64,000 nucleotides of DNA, taken from positions 930,001-994,000 of the forward strand of contig LSRY02000008.1 of NCBI GenBank assembly GCA_001643675.2, given 5' to 3'. The notes under the pieces were generated by a model. That model worked only from the letters and a program-made list of their open reading frames with translations, was not told the DNA's origin and did no database searches. The DNA is from Monocercomonoides exilis PA203 (taxonomy: Eukaryota > Protista > Preaxostyla). Positions 22,301 through 35,359 of the stretch are shown here, in pieces. Both the position numbers and the translations under genes were made by a program. Positions within the stretch are counted from its first letter, which is position 1; each line of letters starts with the position of its first letter.

Positions 22301-25300
22301 GAAAAGGAAAAGAAGAAGAAGGAGAAGGAGAGGAGGAGGAGGAAGAAAGAGGAGAAGAAAATGTTTGTGAAGGGATAAAAGGAGAATTCGCAAAGTTTGA
22401 AGAGAAAGATGAAGTGAAGATATCAGGTGCTGTGTATGGGGTGTTGAAAGGAGAAGGAGAAGAAGAGGAAGAATTTGAAGAAGAAGAAGAAAACGTTTGA
22501 TTTCCTTCTTTTTCATTCGAAACATCCATTTTGACTTGCATTTTGGCTGAATTTGCTTGTCTTTTTGAGCGTTTTTCTTTCGAATTTTTTGAAGAAGAAG
22601 AAGAATTAAATGAAGAAGCATTTGAAGAAGAAGAAGAAGAAGAGAAAGGAAAAGATGAAGCAGGAGAAGTGGAAGGTCTTTGAGAAGAAGAAGAAGAAAA
22701 TGGATAAATTCCGCTGCTGCCGCTAAAAAATAGATTATTTTGTTGTGGGAGTACCTGATTAGAAGAAGTTATTGTGGTTGAAAGAGGAGAAGAGGCGAAC
22801 TGAGGAATATTTGAAGGAGAAGGAGAAGAAGGAGAAGAGGAAGAAGAAGAGGAAGAAGAAGAATTATTCGCAAACTTTTGATTTGTAAAATTTAATGAAT
22901 TTTCTTTCTCTTTCTCTTTTTCTCTTCCTTCCTTCCCTTTCTCCTTCAAACAACTTTGCGTATTTCTTCTCTTTCTTCCTCCGTTTTTTTCTTCCTTTTT
23001 TTGTGTCAAACAAAATTTTTCCTCTTCTTTTCTGTCATTTAACGCACTTTCTTGACTGGTTATCAAATATTTCTGTTGAACCTGTTTATTTTGATCGTTT
23101 TGTGAATGCACGTAAACTCCTCCTCCTCCTCCTCCTCCTCCTCCTCCTCCTCCTCCTCCTCCTCCTCCTCCTCCTCCTCCTCCTCCTCCTCCTCCTCCTC
23201 CTCCTCCTCCTCCTCCTCCTCCTCCTCCTCCTCCTCCTCCTCCTCCTCCTCCCTCCTCCTCCTCCTCCTCCTCCTCCTCCTCCTCCTCCTCCTCCTCCTC
23301 CTCCTCCTCCTCCTCCTCCTCCTCCTCCTCCTCCTCCTCCTCCTCCTCCCACACTTTCTCCTCTACATTCTCCTCTTCCTTCTCCTCTCCCCTTTCTTCC
23401 CTTCAACTCATCCGTTGTATCACTCAGCCCTTTCCCTTCCTCCTCCTTCATCTCCTTCATCTCCTTCATCTCCTTCATCTCCTTCATCTCCTTCATCTCC
23501 TTCATCTCCTTCATCTCCTTCATTTCTTGTATAACTCCTCCTCTTTCTCCTCTTTCTCCTCCATTTCCTCTTTCTCCTCCATTTCCAACTCCTCCTCCAA
23601 ACAAAGGCACATCATCTTCCTCCCCACACTCCTTCTCACTTTCTTCCAGCCTCCTCTTCAGCTTCGCCACCTGCTTCTTCGGCGCTGTGAAGAACAAAAA
23701 CAGCGTTTCTCTTCTTTCTCTCGTCAACTTCCTCACAGTCACATACAGCTGAACTAGCAGCCACACTGTCGTGAATGCAATGGCAAGCGACCCCAGCACC
23801 ACGTCCAGCACAACCGTTGTCGTTCCTTCTCTTTGTGAGTGCACCACGCAGTTGTACACCATCTCCTTGAAATGCTCTGTCATTGCTACAGGCACGTTCG
23901 CGCGGAAAAGGAAGATGGAGTCCAAAATAGGCTTGGAGACCGTCAGCTCTTTCATCTTCGTGTAGTCAAGAGAAGCCAGCTCAAATATCTTCACCATGTC
24001 GATGATGTTGCTTTTGGTCCATGTCATATCCACAATTTTGGGCCCGATGCAGATCGGGATGGTCAAATCCAGCGTTTCTCTTTCCAAAAACAAGAACTCC
24101 AGGTTCTCCTTCGTGTTTCTGTACACGTTGCCCAGCTGCTCTCCCATCACGTTGCTGTGCAGAAGAGAAGACGAGGCAATAATCTCAAAAGGTTGGATGA
24201 ACACCAAGTTCGTCAAGTTTTTTGGGACGGTGAGCGACAAGCGGAAATACATCGAATACAAAAACGCATCGAACGTGGCGACCTGCAGATAGGAGATGTT
24301 GCGGATGAGGTTGCAGTACCTGACAGTCGTGTTGAACGTCTGCAGCGTCATCAAAAACGCCACGACACCCGCACAGAACACAATCAGGAACGAGATGATG
24401 AGCGACGGGCGCAGCATGGGCAGCAGGTCCTCCTTCTCTTCTGTCAGCCGCAGCACGTTCTGCATATCTTTTGTCCTCGACGCCACAATCGCCTCTCTCT
24501 TCTTCCGCTTCGCATTGCTGTTCTTTCTCGACCGCGTCGCCAGCACTTTTGTCCGCGACGCAAACGACACCTGCTCATCCGACACCTTCTCGCTCCACAC
24601 TGAAAGCCCCACCCGACTCACTGCATTCGACCTTTCCTCGGTGATTGTGTGTGTCTGCGACACTTCCTCCTCCAAGTCCCCCGCCAGTGCAAACATCGCC
24701 CTTGCTCCTTCGTCGTCCCTCTCCACATCCCGTATGTGCGCTCCATACGCCCGGATCACCTGGCAACTCTGTGGATAGCTCTGCAGAAGCAGCACATACC
24801 TCTCTGTTGCAAGTCGGTTCTCCCTCAGCACTGCCTCCAGCGTCTTCACCGCTTTCCCCACATCCACATTCTCCTTCAGCATCAGCGTCCACAGCTGCAA
24901 CAGATACACTTTTGCGGCTTCGGTGTGCTTTTGAGCAGCTGACAGCTCCATCTTCATCAAAAGCGCTGCTGATGCCCGCAGCGACATCGACTGCGTCAGA
25001 AAGCTGCTTCTGCTCCCGTTGTCGTCGCTGATGATGTCCAGCTCTGCCGAATTCATCGCACTCACCCCACAAAACACGCCGCTGCTGTTCACACTTCCGA
25101 TTGGCCCTGCTCCTATTGTTCCACCTATTGGTCCTCCTCCACCAGCACTTCCACCTCCAAATCCCGCCATGCTGCTGTTCGCACTCAACGGCACAGAAGT
25201 CATCTGCGATGCTGGCAAAAGCGCATACGGCAGCGCATTCTGTGTGTTAGAGAAGGAAATGGAAGCAGCACGCGACATGCTCATGGGAAAGACAGAGGAA

Positions 25301-26162
25301 GAAAAGGACATTTGTGTCTGATTTGGCTGAGAAGGGAGCAGAAGCTGTGTTTGCGTGCTGCTTTGAGAAGAGGCAGGAAGAGGGAGAGAAAGAGGGAGCG
25401 GGAGCGGGAGAGGAGGAGAAGCCGAAGGAGTAACAAAACAAGAAGTAGCTGGCGACTTGAAACCACTTCCTCCTCCTCCTCCTCCTCCTCCATAGCCCCC
25501 AATTCCATTCATTCCATTCAACCCTCCATTCAACCCTCCATTCAACCCTCCAAACGCACTGAAAGCGCTGCTGTTATAAGCAGCTGCTGATTCTTCCTCG
25601 CTGTCTGCATCTGAAGTCAATCTATAAACCACCCACCGCTCGATCACATTCGGAAAGCACTGCTTCATGTTCCTCAGTGAGTCCATCATCCTTGCTGTGT
25701 TCTTCACAAAATATCGATAAAACAGCGCATTCGCCATCCACACTGTCGACACGTCGCGATGCTTTTGCGTCGCTTGGTGCAGCAGAGAGCAAGCCAGTTG
25801 CAGGCATTTCGGGTCCTTTCTGAGCTTTTTTGTTGTGATGAAGCGGCAGGCGTTGATGTACTCGGAAGGCGTGCGGTATTTAGGGGTCATTTTCGGTTTG
25901 TGTGGAGGAGATGGTTGAGGATTTGAATGAGAACTTGAATGAGGATTTGAAACAGAATTTGAGAGGTTATTTGGACCAGGTTGCTGGTTTGTGTGTTGAA
26001 GTGGGTGTGGGTGTTGATGTGGGTGTTGGAGTGTGTGTGAATGGAGAGAAGAAGCTGGAGTGAAGGAGGCAGAGGAGGTGGAGTGGGAGAAAGGTGAAGG
26101 GGAAGGAGAAGAGGAAGAAGAAGAAGAAGAAGATGATGATGATGATGAGGAAGAAGAAGAAG

Positions 26163-26193
<31 letters not shown>

Positions 26194-26968
26194 GGAAGGA
26201 GAGGCAGGGGAAGAAGGAGAAGATGATGATGATGAAAGAGTTGGAGATGAAGAAGAAGAAGAAGAAGATTGAGGCAGAAGCGTTGCTTGTGGAGAAGCCA
26301 GCAAAGAAGGTGAGTCAGAATTCGAGTGATTGGCAGACTTGCAATCAGAAGAGAAAGAAGAAGTGCGTTGAGGCAATGAAGAAATATGAGAAGAAGAAGA
26401 AGCAGACGACAAGAGGTTGTGAGAAGAACGAGGAGAATGAGGAGAATGAGGAGAATGAGGAGAATGAGAAGAAATATCAGAAGAAGAAGAAAGAGAACGG
26501 GGAAAACAAGAGAAGTTTGAAGAAGAAGAAGAGGAAGAGGAAGAAGAAGAAGAGGAGGAGGAAGAAGAAGGTGATTGGGGGCGGGCTAGAGGACGAGATT
26601 GAGGAGAAGAAGAGGAGGAAGAAGAGGAAGAGGAAGAAGAAGATGATGATGGAGCAGGAGGTTGTAGAGAGGGAGAAGGAGAAGGAGAAGGAGAAGGAAT
26701 GGAAGAAGAAGAAGAAGCAGTCATTGAAGAAAATGTCACGTTGGATAATGGATGAGATGAACGGGGTGAAAGTTGGGTTGAAAAGGAAGGAGAAGAAGAA
26801 GGAGAAGAGGAAGAGGAAGAAGAAGAAGAAGGTTTTATTTGTTGTTGGTGAAGTGACACAGAAAGTGAAGTGTTGTGAGGTGAAGAAGAAGGAGGCAATG
26901 GAGAAGAGTTTGAAGAGTTTGAAGAGGAAGAGGAGGATGAGGAGGAAGAGGAGGAAGAGGAAGAAGAG

Positions 26969-27000
<32 letters not shown>

Positions 27001-28536
27001 AGATGCCAACAGAGCCGGATGAGGTGATGCAGCTATTTGTGGATGCAACAGCGCACTTTCTCTCTCATGCCCTTGCTTCGCTTCACAAGTCGATGGGATA
27101 TCCACCATTCTTTCTCCTCCTCTTCCTCTTTCTCCCTCTCCTCCTCCTTCCCTTCCTCCTCCTAACCTTTCTTCTCTTCCTTCTCTTCCTCCTCCTCCTC
27201 CTCCTCCATCGCCAAAATGCACTCCGCTCCTCCTGCTCCTCTTCTCCCTCACGATCGGTACCTCGTCGTCCTCCCTCATCGCCCACTGGTGCCTGCTCCA
27301 CCACCTCCCAAATGCAGCCCCAGCCACCCCGCCTGCCACATCCAGCACGAGAAACAGCACAAACAGACCCACACGCACGCCCAGTGACGGCGAGGGAATA
27401 TTTTCTTCTGGTTTTCCCTTGAAAAGGCGGGTGGAGCAGAGGATGACGATGACGTAGAAGAAAAGGGTGAAGGCGACGAGGCCGGAGATGATGCCGTTCC
27501 CTTCGGCGATGACGTAGGGCTGGCAGTACTGCACGAAGAGGTAGCCGAGGAAGAGGAGGGCGACGGCGATGCTGGCGACAGTGGTGGGGAGCGTGTCGAA
27601 GATGATGCTCAGCACAACCAGGATGGAATAGAGCGTGGTGCAGATCACACTCCCCAGCCCTGTCATCATCGAGAACACATTGTCTGGGTAGTGGTGCAGG
27701 TTGGCGTTGAAGTTGAACAGCCGCACTGTCATCGCTATCAAATAGTGCAGCACACAAAATATCAGCCCGCATATATACAAGCACAGATGGCCCCTGCTTT
27801 CGCACCCCACGTTGTAAAACTCGTTCACGGTCGTGTTCCTGCGATAGCAGCTTATATGGCTCGCAAAGACATTAAAAATTGGCAGATAGAAAATGGTCGT
27901 GGACAACTGAATAAAAATGGAGCATATTTTGATCAAAATATCTGGAAGTTTTTTTGTTTTTTGGCTCCCAATAGTCACTATAACTGTAAAAATCCACCCA
28001 ACAAGCATCGTTATAAGACAAATGTAGAACATAACCAATGAAAAAGTTGGAGAGGACCAACAAATGCTGAAATCCAAATATCTTTATTTTTGAAAAATGA
28101 ACTCGAAAATGAAAATATCTGAATGAAGGAAAAATAATGTCACACCTAAAAAAATCAATTATGTACTTTCGAGCTGGTCCATCAAAAGGCCAATCCATCA
28201 TGCGAATGCCAATGCCGGCTAATTGAAAAAATGCAATAAACCGTTGCAAAAGTTGAAGAATAAATGAGAAATTTGCGTGCTTTTTTAAAATTTAAATGTT
28301 ACAATTTTGAAAATATGAACATAGAGCATTAGTGATGTGGCAAACTTTGTGAATAGGATATATGATGGAAAAAACCCTTTGTAATTAAATGAAATACAAA
28401 TCAAAGAATGCATTAAAAATATTCAATACCATTCATCCCAGCCAGATTCATGCCCGATATAAAAAGCATTTTGGTGCTGCTTGGTCGAAAAAAATGTTGC
28501 AGTATTTGACTGCTGCCCTTCTTCTTTGAAGGACAT
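19305..28536 (-). CDS. ~3000-aa multi-pass TmcB/TmcC-like membrane protein with TPR-like module and C-terminal hemerythrin-like domain (1-nt frameshift in a (GGA)n tract)
   Basis: Candidate ATG at 28536 (MSFKEEGQQ...) with short AT-rich 5' exons; one splice gives FFR|YLDFSICW, but not all 5' junctions were resolved. Then an N-terminal TM bundle, a TmcB-type TPR-like segment (YVLLLQSYPQSCQVIRAYGAHIRDVERD), two TM-flanked ~200-aa luminal domains, and a hemerythrin motif W..YSV...ID..H...EE.LM...H...H...W..H....D. ORFs 23086..28077 and 19305..23354 join into one frame if one C near 23251 is removed. Confidence 0.75.
23117..23350. repeat. (CCT)~77 coding microsatellite with a single extra C near 23251
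   Basis: Pure CCT run interrupted once by 'ccctcct'. It encodes poly-Gly on the minus strand. Confidence 0.95.
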
Positions 28537-28889
28537 GAAACAAATAAATTGAAAAATAAATAATGGTTTCAATCAGAAAAAAGTTTAATGGTTGTCAATT
28601 CTTGAAAATATTTGTTTAAAGTTAAAAAAAGTTGTTTATAAAAGATGGAATGAAATATTTGGTGTGAAAATGTTAATGAACTTTGTCGAAAGTGAATATT
28701 CAATTTTTTGATCAATAAACAAAGTGAATTTTGCTGTTTGAAGTTTCGTTATTTGCTTTGGAGATAGTTCGATCAGGTTTATCGTAACAATTTTATGATT
28801 CAAGGGACAAATATCTGATTCCCTGAAAATGCAATAATGGAATTCTTTATCTAGATTTTTGAAGATGATTTTCTTAATCTCTTGAATTA

Positions 28890-29851
28890 GGGTCAGAAAT
28901 TTATCGGTACTCAAAAAATTAATCGGGACCTAAATTTTCTGGCTCTCAAGAGCGCATTTAGAAAAAAATAAATAATAGGAAACCTTTTTCAAACTTTTAT
29001 ATACTATTCCAGAAAATATTTTTTATTTTTTTTATTTTAGTGAAAAGATCTGGTGTTTTTTGTTTTATTTTTCAGATCAAAGACTTGCTCGTATTTTCAC
29101 GAGCTTTTTGTTTTGAGATTTTTAAGTATTGTTTTTGTTATTGAACATAACTTCTTTACAATTTTGGTTATTTTTCATTGTTTAACACTTCGTTTTTTAT
29201 TATTTTTTTCATTTCACTAAATTACGATAAAATGAAGAATGCGTTTGAAAAAATAAGTTATTTTGTTTATTCAAAATGGTAAGGATGTAAATTGTCGACA
29301 AATGAAGATATGCAAAAAGAAGAAAATCTTTATATTTTTGTGATCGTGATTATTTTTCAAAAAAACATGTTTTTGTGTATTTTTGTGTTTTTAACTTCAA
29401 ATCATATTTTTTCATCTCAAAATTTTGGCGATAAACATAACAATCAGTTTTTTAACTATTCTTCAATGAACAAAAACATGGTAACTCATATTCCACTTTT
29501 TTTTATAATTTTATCGAAATTTAGTGAAATGAAAAAAATAATAAAAAACGAAGTGTTAAACAATGAAAAATAACCAAAATTGTAAAGAAGTTATGTTCAA
29601 TAACAAAAACAATACTTAAAAATCTCAAAACAAAAAGCTCGTGAAAATACGAGCAAGTCTTTGATCTGAAAAATAAAACAAAAAACACCAGATCTTTTCA
29701 CTAAAATAAAAATATGAAAAAATATTTTCAGGAATAGCTTATAATAATATATTAATAATTTTCTATTATTTATTTTTTTCTAAATGCGCTCTTGAGAGCC
29801 AGAAAATTTAGGTCCCGATAAAAAAAAGGGGATATGATAAATTACTGACCC
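28890..29851. mobile_element. Long-TIR MITE of the TA|GGGTCAG pogo-like family
   Basis: TA|gggtcagaaatttatcgg...ctgaccc|TA, with ~340-bp imperfect TIRs and 962 bp total length. Homologous along its length to 11521-12484. Confidence 0.88.
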
Positions 29852-32800
29852 TATTTAATTGAACTCAACTCCACTTAATGATGAACGATGTTAAAATCAG
29901 AGTTGAAAATAACTTTCTTGATGTTTGCGTTTGCATATTTGTTCAGTAGCTATACGAGATGCTAGGAATGGAAAAGGGGATTAAAAAAATATCGGACTTG
30001 TTTTTTTTGGAAATCAAAATAAACTTTATTTATTAATAGTGAAGAAGTTATATTTATTTGAAAGTCATTTTGATAGCATGCGAATTCCGTCAGCTTCATA
30101 TTTTACTCAACTGCATCAACAATAACAGATACAAACAAGTCAAATAACAGAATTGAAAACATTCCTTTCTATGTGGAGTCTATTAAAACAAACTTAACTA
30201 AGTTTGCACGTGCATATTTATATAGAAGAAAAGAAGAATGATTGACCACGAAAGTTTTGAATTGCTTCCTATCAACAAAAATGAGGAAAAAGCAAAAAAA
30301 AGATAAAAAGAAGTGCATTCTGCTAGATTGGGATGAGGCAAGAAGGCAGAGATAGAATTATTATTAACTAATAAATATTTCTTTTAACATATATATCATC
30401 AATATTGAGTATTATTTACTGAAAATGCTACTTCTTTTTATGTAATTCTTCAATTTTCAAAAAATATGTTAAATGAGCTTTGTGGAATGTTAAAATTGTT
30501 GATATTGTGGAAAATATGGACTTTCAAGCTTTTTTGAACAAGAAATTGGAAAATTGCTTCTCTCATAACTTTATATCACTTTCTCAGATTTCTTAATAAA
30601 TTTGATTTTCATATACGTAAACAAACTTTATTGAAATCACAACAAAATGTTTTGTGATCTCACAGGTATTTAAAAAACATGAACCCACTTTTATTGTTTT
30701 TATTGATCAAAAAAAGACAATAAAATGTACATTATTTTTCAATTGAAAAGCTTGAAGTAACATGTTTTCCCCTCCGTAGAAGTATTTTTTTATGCTTTCT
30801 TGATTTGTTGTGCAAAACTTTTTTCATAAATATGCAAGTTTTTCTTTATAGTTGGTTATATTTTTTTTCCTTTGAAAATTCGTTAAATCCATTTTTTTCA
30901 CTGTAAAGAAAAAAAATTGTATTAAAATTTCGATATGAGAAACAAATAAACGATAAAATCAAAAACCAAATTGTTTCATCCTTTCCACATTTCTTTCAAA
31001 ACACAATTATCAAATGTGTTCCGTTGATTCCTTCCTTCCAAGTGGTTAACTCACGCAAATGGCCTCAACACGTGATTTAATAGCCAACGTTGTTTATCTT
31101 GTTTCTAACAAAGCCATATCATGTTTTTTAATTTTTTGAATCTGCTTTATTTGTCTATTTCAAGCCCCAGAGTTTTTCTTTTTTTGTTTTTGCAAAGAAT
31201 CTTCAACGTCTTTTGATCAATAACACATTACAACTTGTTATTTTCAACAGCCATTTCTTTCTTAAACTTGAGAATTACAACAGAAAAAATAGTGTGATAA
31301 ATACTTGACAAAAGCTAAAACATGTTTGAAAATCAAAATGATAGATAAACATTTTCCTGATTTGAAAAAAGTTTTTTTTGAATGAGTTAGTAATTAACTT
31401 TTATTGCACTTTGAAATTGAGCCACCTTTCATCTATCGCAACCTTTCTGATTGAAAATCTTCATGAATATGGAAAGTCACTCAACTGAACAGAATTCAAA
31501 TCAACAAAAAAAACTTTCATAAATTAAATAGGAGATTAATCAAAAGATATGAATGATACATAGCTATCTCATTTTGCTGAAAGTTTTTGAACTATAATTC
31601 TTAAATCAGAAGTATTTTAGATGTTGTGAAATGAAAATGATATGCAGAAAATTTCAAATTTTATTCTCATAGGTTTTTCATAAACATTGATGCGAGTCTC
31701 AGCTTTTTGAAGTTTTATCGTTTATCCTAGGCCTATGCGACGAGTGGCAAATTTTGCCAGTAACTGACACAGGTGACCGACAGGACAATTATTTCTTGAT
31801 CAAAACCTTTTTTTTGAAATCTCATTTTTAGATTTTTTTTTACAAAATATTATCATTATTGGTGTTCATTAATAAAAGCATAATTTTCATTTAAGAAATA
31901 ACACTTTTTTGGATGATAATTGAATTTTAATAATATTATTTTAAAAATGTTGTGAATTGAGAGAATAATGGTTTCCTGACAAGATCAGCGAAACTTGGAA
32001 TTTCAAAATCCACTGGAAGTCACTTTCTGGAAAAGTCTGTCACAAGGTTTAAAAAATTATGGATCCAAATAGCATAACGAATCTCCCTCAGGAGCTAAAA
32101 CTGTCTCTTTCAAATCCTGCAATCGTGCGTTGCTTATCACTTTTTTTGGACCTTTTTTTCATTTTTTGCTTTTTTGACTGGATTAAGCAATTGTCATTCA
32201 ACAAAAAGTTGGATGATTTGTCGAGAAAAAACTGTGAATTTGTTTCATTGGAATTGATCAAGGCAACATACAAGTGAAACAGTACGTTATCTTCGGAGAA
32301 AAGAATGAATATTTCAACATTTTAATTTTTTAAGTTTATAGGCATCCAAGAGATTTAACAAAAATGATGACGAAATAATCATTAGAAATTCACAAAAAAA
32401 CGTGTTTTAAATATCTTTCATCCCGGTTTTGCCGGACAGGAATCAAAAAAAGGATAGACATGGGTGAAAATTTTTGAAAAATCACTTTTTTTTTAGCCTG
32501 ATCTGTCCCACAATAAACCAGAACAATAAAATCGTTAACCGTTATTTTTTCATTAATAATTAATTAACTCTTTTTTACTCTATGAAAGAGTTTGACGTTT
32601 TATTATTTGCAATATTCTTTGTTAACATTAGGTGAAGAACACAATACTTGAAGTTTTTTATTGCATTTTCTTCTTATTTGACTGAATCACGAAAATTATG
32701 AGTTTTTCCATTTATCTTTTTCAAGGCGATGATTTTTGCTTATCTTTTATTTGGATAACTTCAATAATCATTAATATAACATCATTGAGGAAATAAATAG

Positions 32801-33239
32801 ATTTTTTGTTAGCTTCATATCCGTTTGTTAAGAAACAGTAATTTTTTTTATTTTTCAACTTTGACTCTTTCAATGAAACAAAAAGTGCACAAAAACAATT
32901 TGCCAAAATCTTATTTGTATTTTTTCTTTAAAGCAATTTGATTATTGTATGTTCAAGCAAAAAAAATGACACAATAAATGATTTATATATAAAGTTCTTA
33001 TTTGTCTTGGAAAACGAGACAACGAAGGAATAAGAATGAATTTTAACTGTATTTTTTTACCGTTGTCAGATATAAAACTGCAATTTGCTTTGTTTGTTCT
33101 TCATTTCATTGTTTTCTTTAATTGGAGCAGCACGTGTATTATTATTTCACTCTTCTATTTGCGATATCCTAAGAAAAGAAGAAGAAGGGGAAGTATTCAT
33201 CATGAAATGTTCTTGTTATTGATCCGTCTAATTTATTGG

Positions 33240-34440
33240 CTGTGGCAGTAACAAAACTGTCGGCAGCAGCAATGAACGATATCGAAAGGCGACTGCAAAT
33301 TGTGTAACCTGAGGCGGCTGGGGTGTATATGCGGATCATGCTGCTGTCGCCGCGGGAGTTGCAGACGCTGCGGGGATATATTGTTGCGCGACGGGAGGTG
33401 CTGTGTGGGTGTGTTGTGTGTGTACACGATGTGGCGCTTTCGACAATGCTTTCGGTTCCTCCAGCGGAACAGCTTCCGTCTCATGCAGCGTCGATGGCCA
33501 CGAAGTAGCGGAGCAAGCGGATCTTTGCAGCAGCAGATGTGAATGCGTTTCCGTCGATCAATGATTTATTTGTCGATTCGCAGCTTCAGTCTGCGATTAT
33601 GTTGATGGAGTTTTTTTCACTGCAGCCGAGGCGTTTTATAATAAAGATTGATGATGAGGAGATTGCGCGTGGGATAGGAGTATGCTATTCGAGGAAGAGG
33701 CCGAGAAGAAGGCGATGGAGAACGCGAGGTTGAGGATGGAGGATGCGGTTCTGTCTCCAGCAGCAATCACACTGGCAAAATACAAGGAAGAAATAGGAAG
33801 AGAATGGAAAGGAAAAGAAAAAGAAGCGGGAAAAGGATGAAAAGCAGAAGAAGAAGAAGGAGAGCAGTGGGTGAATAAAGTGAAGCGGACTGGCGGACTG
33901 ATAGAGCAGCTGGAGGAGATAGACAAGATCATCCGGACGAATCAGAGGAAGATTCTGGAGCTGAGAGAAAAGCACAGCGCAGAGGTGAAGCTAAGGAGCA
34001 GCTGATTGATGTGGGGATTGAGAAGGAGAAGAAGATAAAGTTTGAGGGATTACAGTCAAATAAGATGAAATCTCAATCATCCGTATTTCTGGTGTTTTTG
34101 CTGAATTTCTTCAAGGCACAAGCAGCGATGCGAAAAAGGTGAAGAAGATTTCGTTTGATCCCATAAGTTTAGGGGATGTTTCAACTTCTTCTTCTCCTTT
34201 ATCAGAGGCAGCTTGAGGAGGATTCGCACAAGATGAAATGGAGTCTCTTCTGTTTGTTTCATCTGCAGATATTGCCAAAGCTGTGGCTTCAGATCTTTCT
34301 GGCAGCGTTCAGGTTGTTTGGGTGCTGCTTCCTATCATTTGTATCAGTTCTTGAGTAGCGCCAGCGCAACGACTTCTTCGCGCTGTGCCTGCAGATACCA
34401 AATATGTGCTGCGCTGATGAACGGTGAGCGCTTCTAACAG
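33240..34440 (+). pseudogene. GC-richer decayed gene of unknown family (cargo)
   Basis: Protein-like frame (VTKLSAAAMNDIERRLQIV*PEAAGVYMRIMLLSPRELQ...) with scattered stops and GC content like the intact genes. No family recognised. Confidence 0.4.
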
Positions 34441-35359
34441 CATCTGAGAAAAGAGCTGTTGTGAAAAAGGTTAGTCATCGCTTCATGCTGTTGAACCGGA
34501 GCTGGACGACAGTGAGCCGGTTTTTTCGTGTGTGTAGGCGGGTGCAAGGGTTGAGATCTGGTTGAAACTGCCGGTGAAGGCTGTGTCATAGGTTGTGGCA
34601 AAGAATTTAGAGTGGTTAGAGTTGCTCCAAATTGTGCGGATGCTGGTGGAGCTTGAAGCGCTGAAAGAGAAAGAAAAGGCAGAGGAAAAAGGAGGAATAG
34701 TTTGCGATTCTTCCATATTTTTTCTTTCAGCAAAAAAGTAATTTTTCATCTGAAAGAGAAAAATCAAATGGAAACCAATGCGATTAGGGAAGATGGTTGT
34801 GAGAAGAAAACGTGGAGCGAATATGAATGAGAATATGGAATTGACGTTTGAAGTCAGATGGGGAATTTATGCATTTTGGAGCAGGTATTGAGGCAGAGGA
34901 GAAATTTAATTATGCAGTATTTGAGGAGGTTATGCAACTGGAAAAAGACGATTGAAATGTTTTCAGTTTCGCATTGTGTGTCTGTGGACAAGCGGAATTC
35001 TCTTCGGATGTGTGCAGCGGAATTTTGTGTTTCTTCGCTTGCGTCTTGACAAGCATTCCAATTAGAACAGTATCTTTTGTTTGCTGGAATTGAGGTTTCC
35101 ATTGCGACTATTTTCTTCAACGCTGCGCTGTGAGTGCCACTTCGCATTATGGAACTCCATCTTCTGACTTTGTGCATTTGGATCTTCAAGGCTCCTGTCT
35201 TCTTTGAGAGGAACACACCAATCAGCCTTGAAACGCCAACCAATTGCTGCAATGATTGAACATCTTCTCATTCATTTTCTGATTTGACTAATGATTCTGT
35301 TTATTTTTTTTTCTTTCTATTCCAATAATTATCTATTGATTCATAGTTATTCTTTCTTT

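Noticed and set aside
23086-23354. Poly-Arg C-terminus and poly-Glu N-terminus as two separate genes
   Set aside because: Both are off-frame readings around one extra base; the poly-Gly frame joins the two ORFs.
33240-34440. Stop-codon reassignment (TAR=Gln or TGA readthrough) rescuing the pseudogenes
   Set aside because: All three stop types and frameshifts occur in the remnants. Long intact ORFs contain no internal TAR or TGA, and the ARM-family gene ends at TAA.
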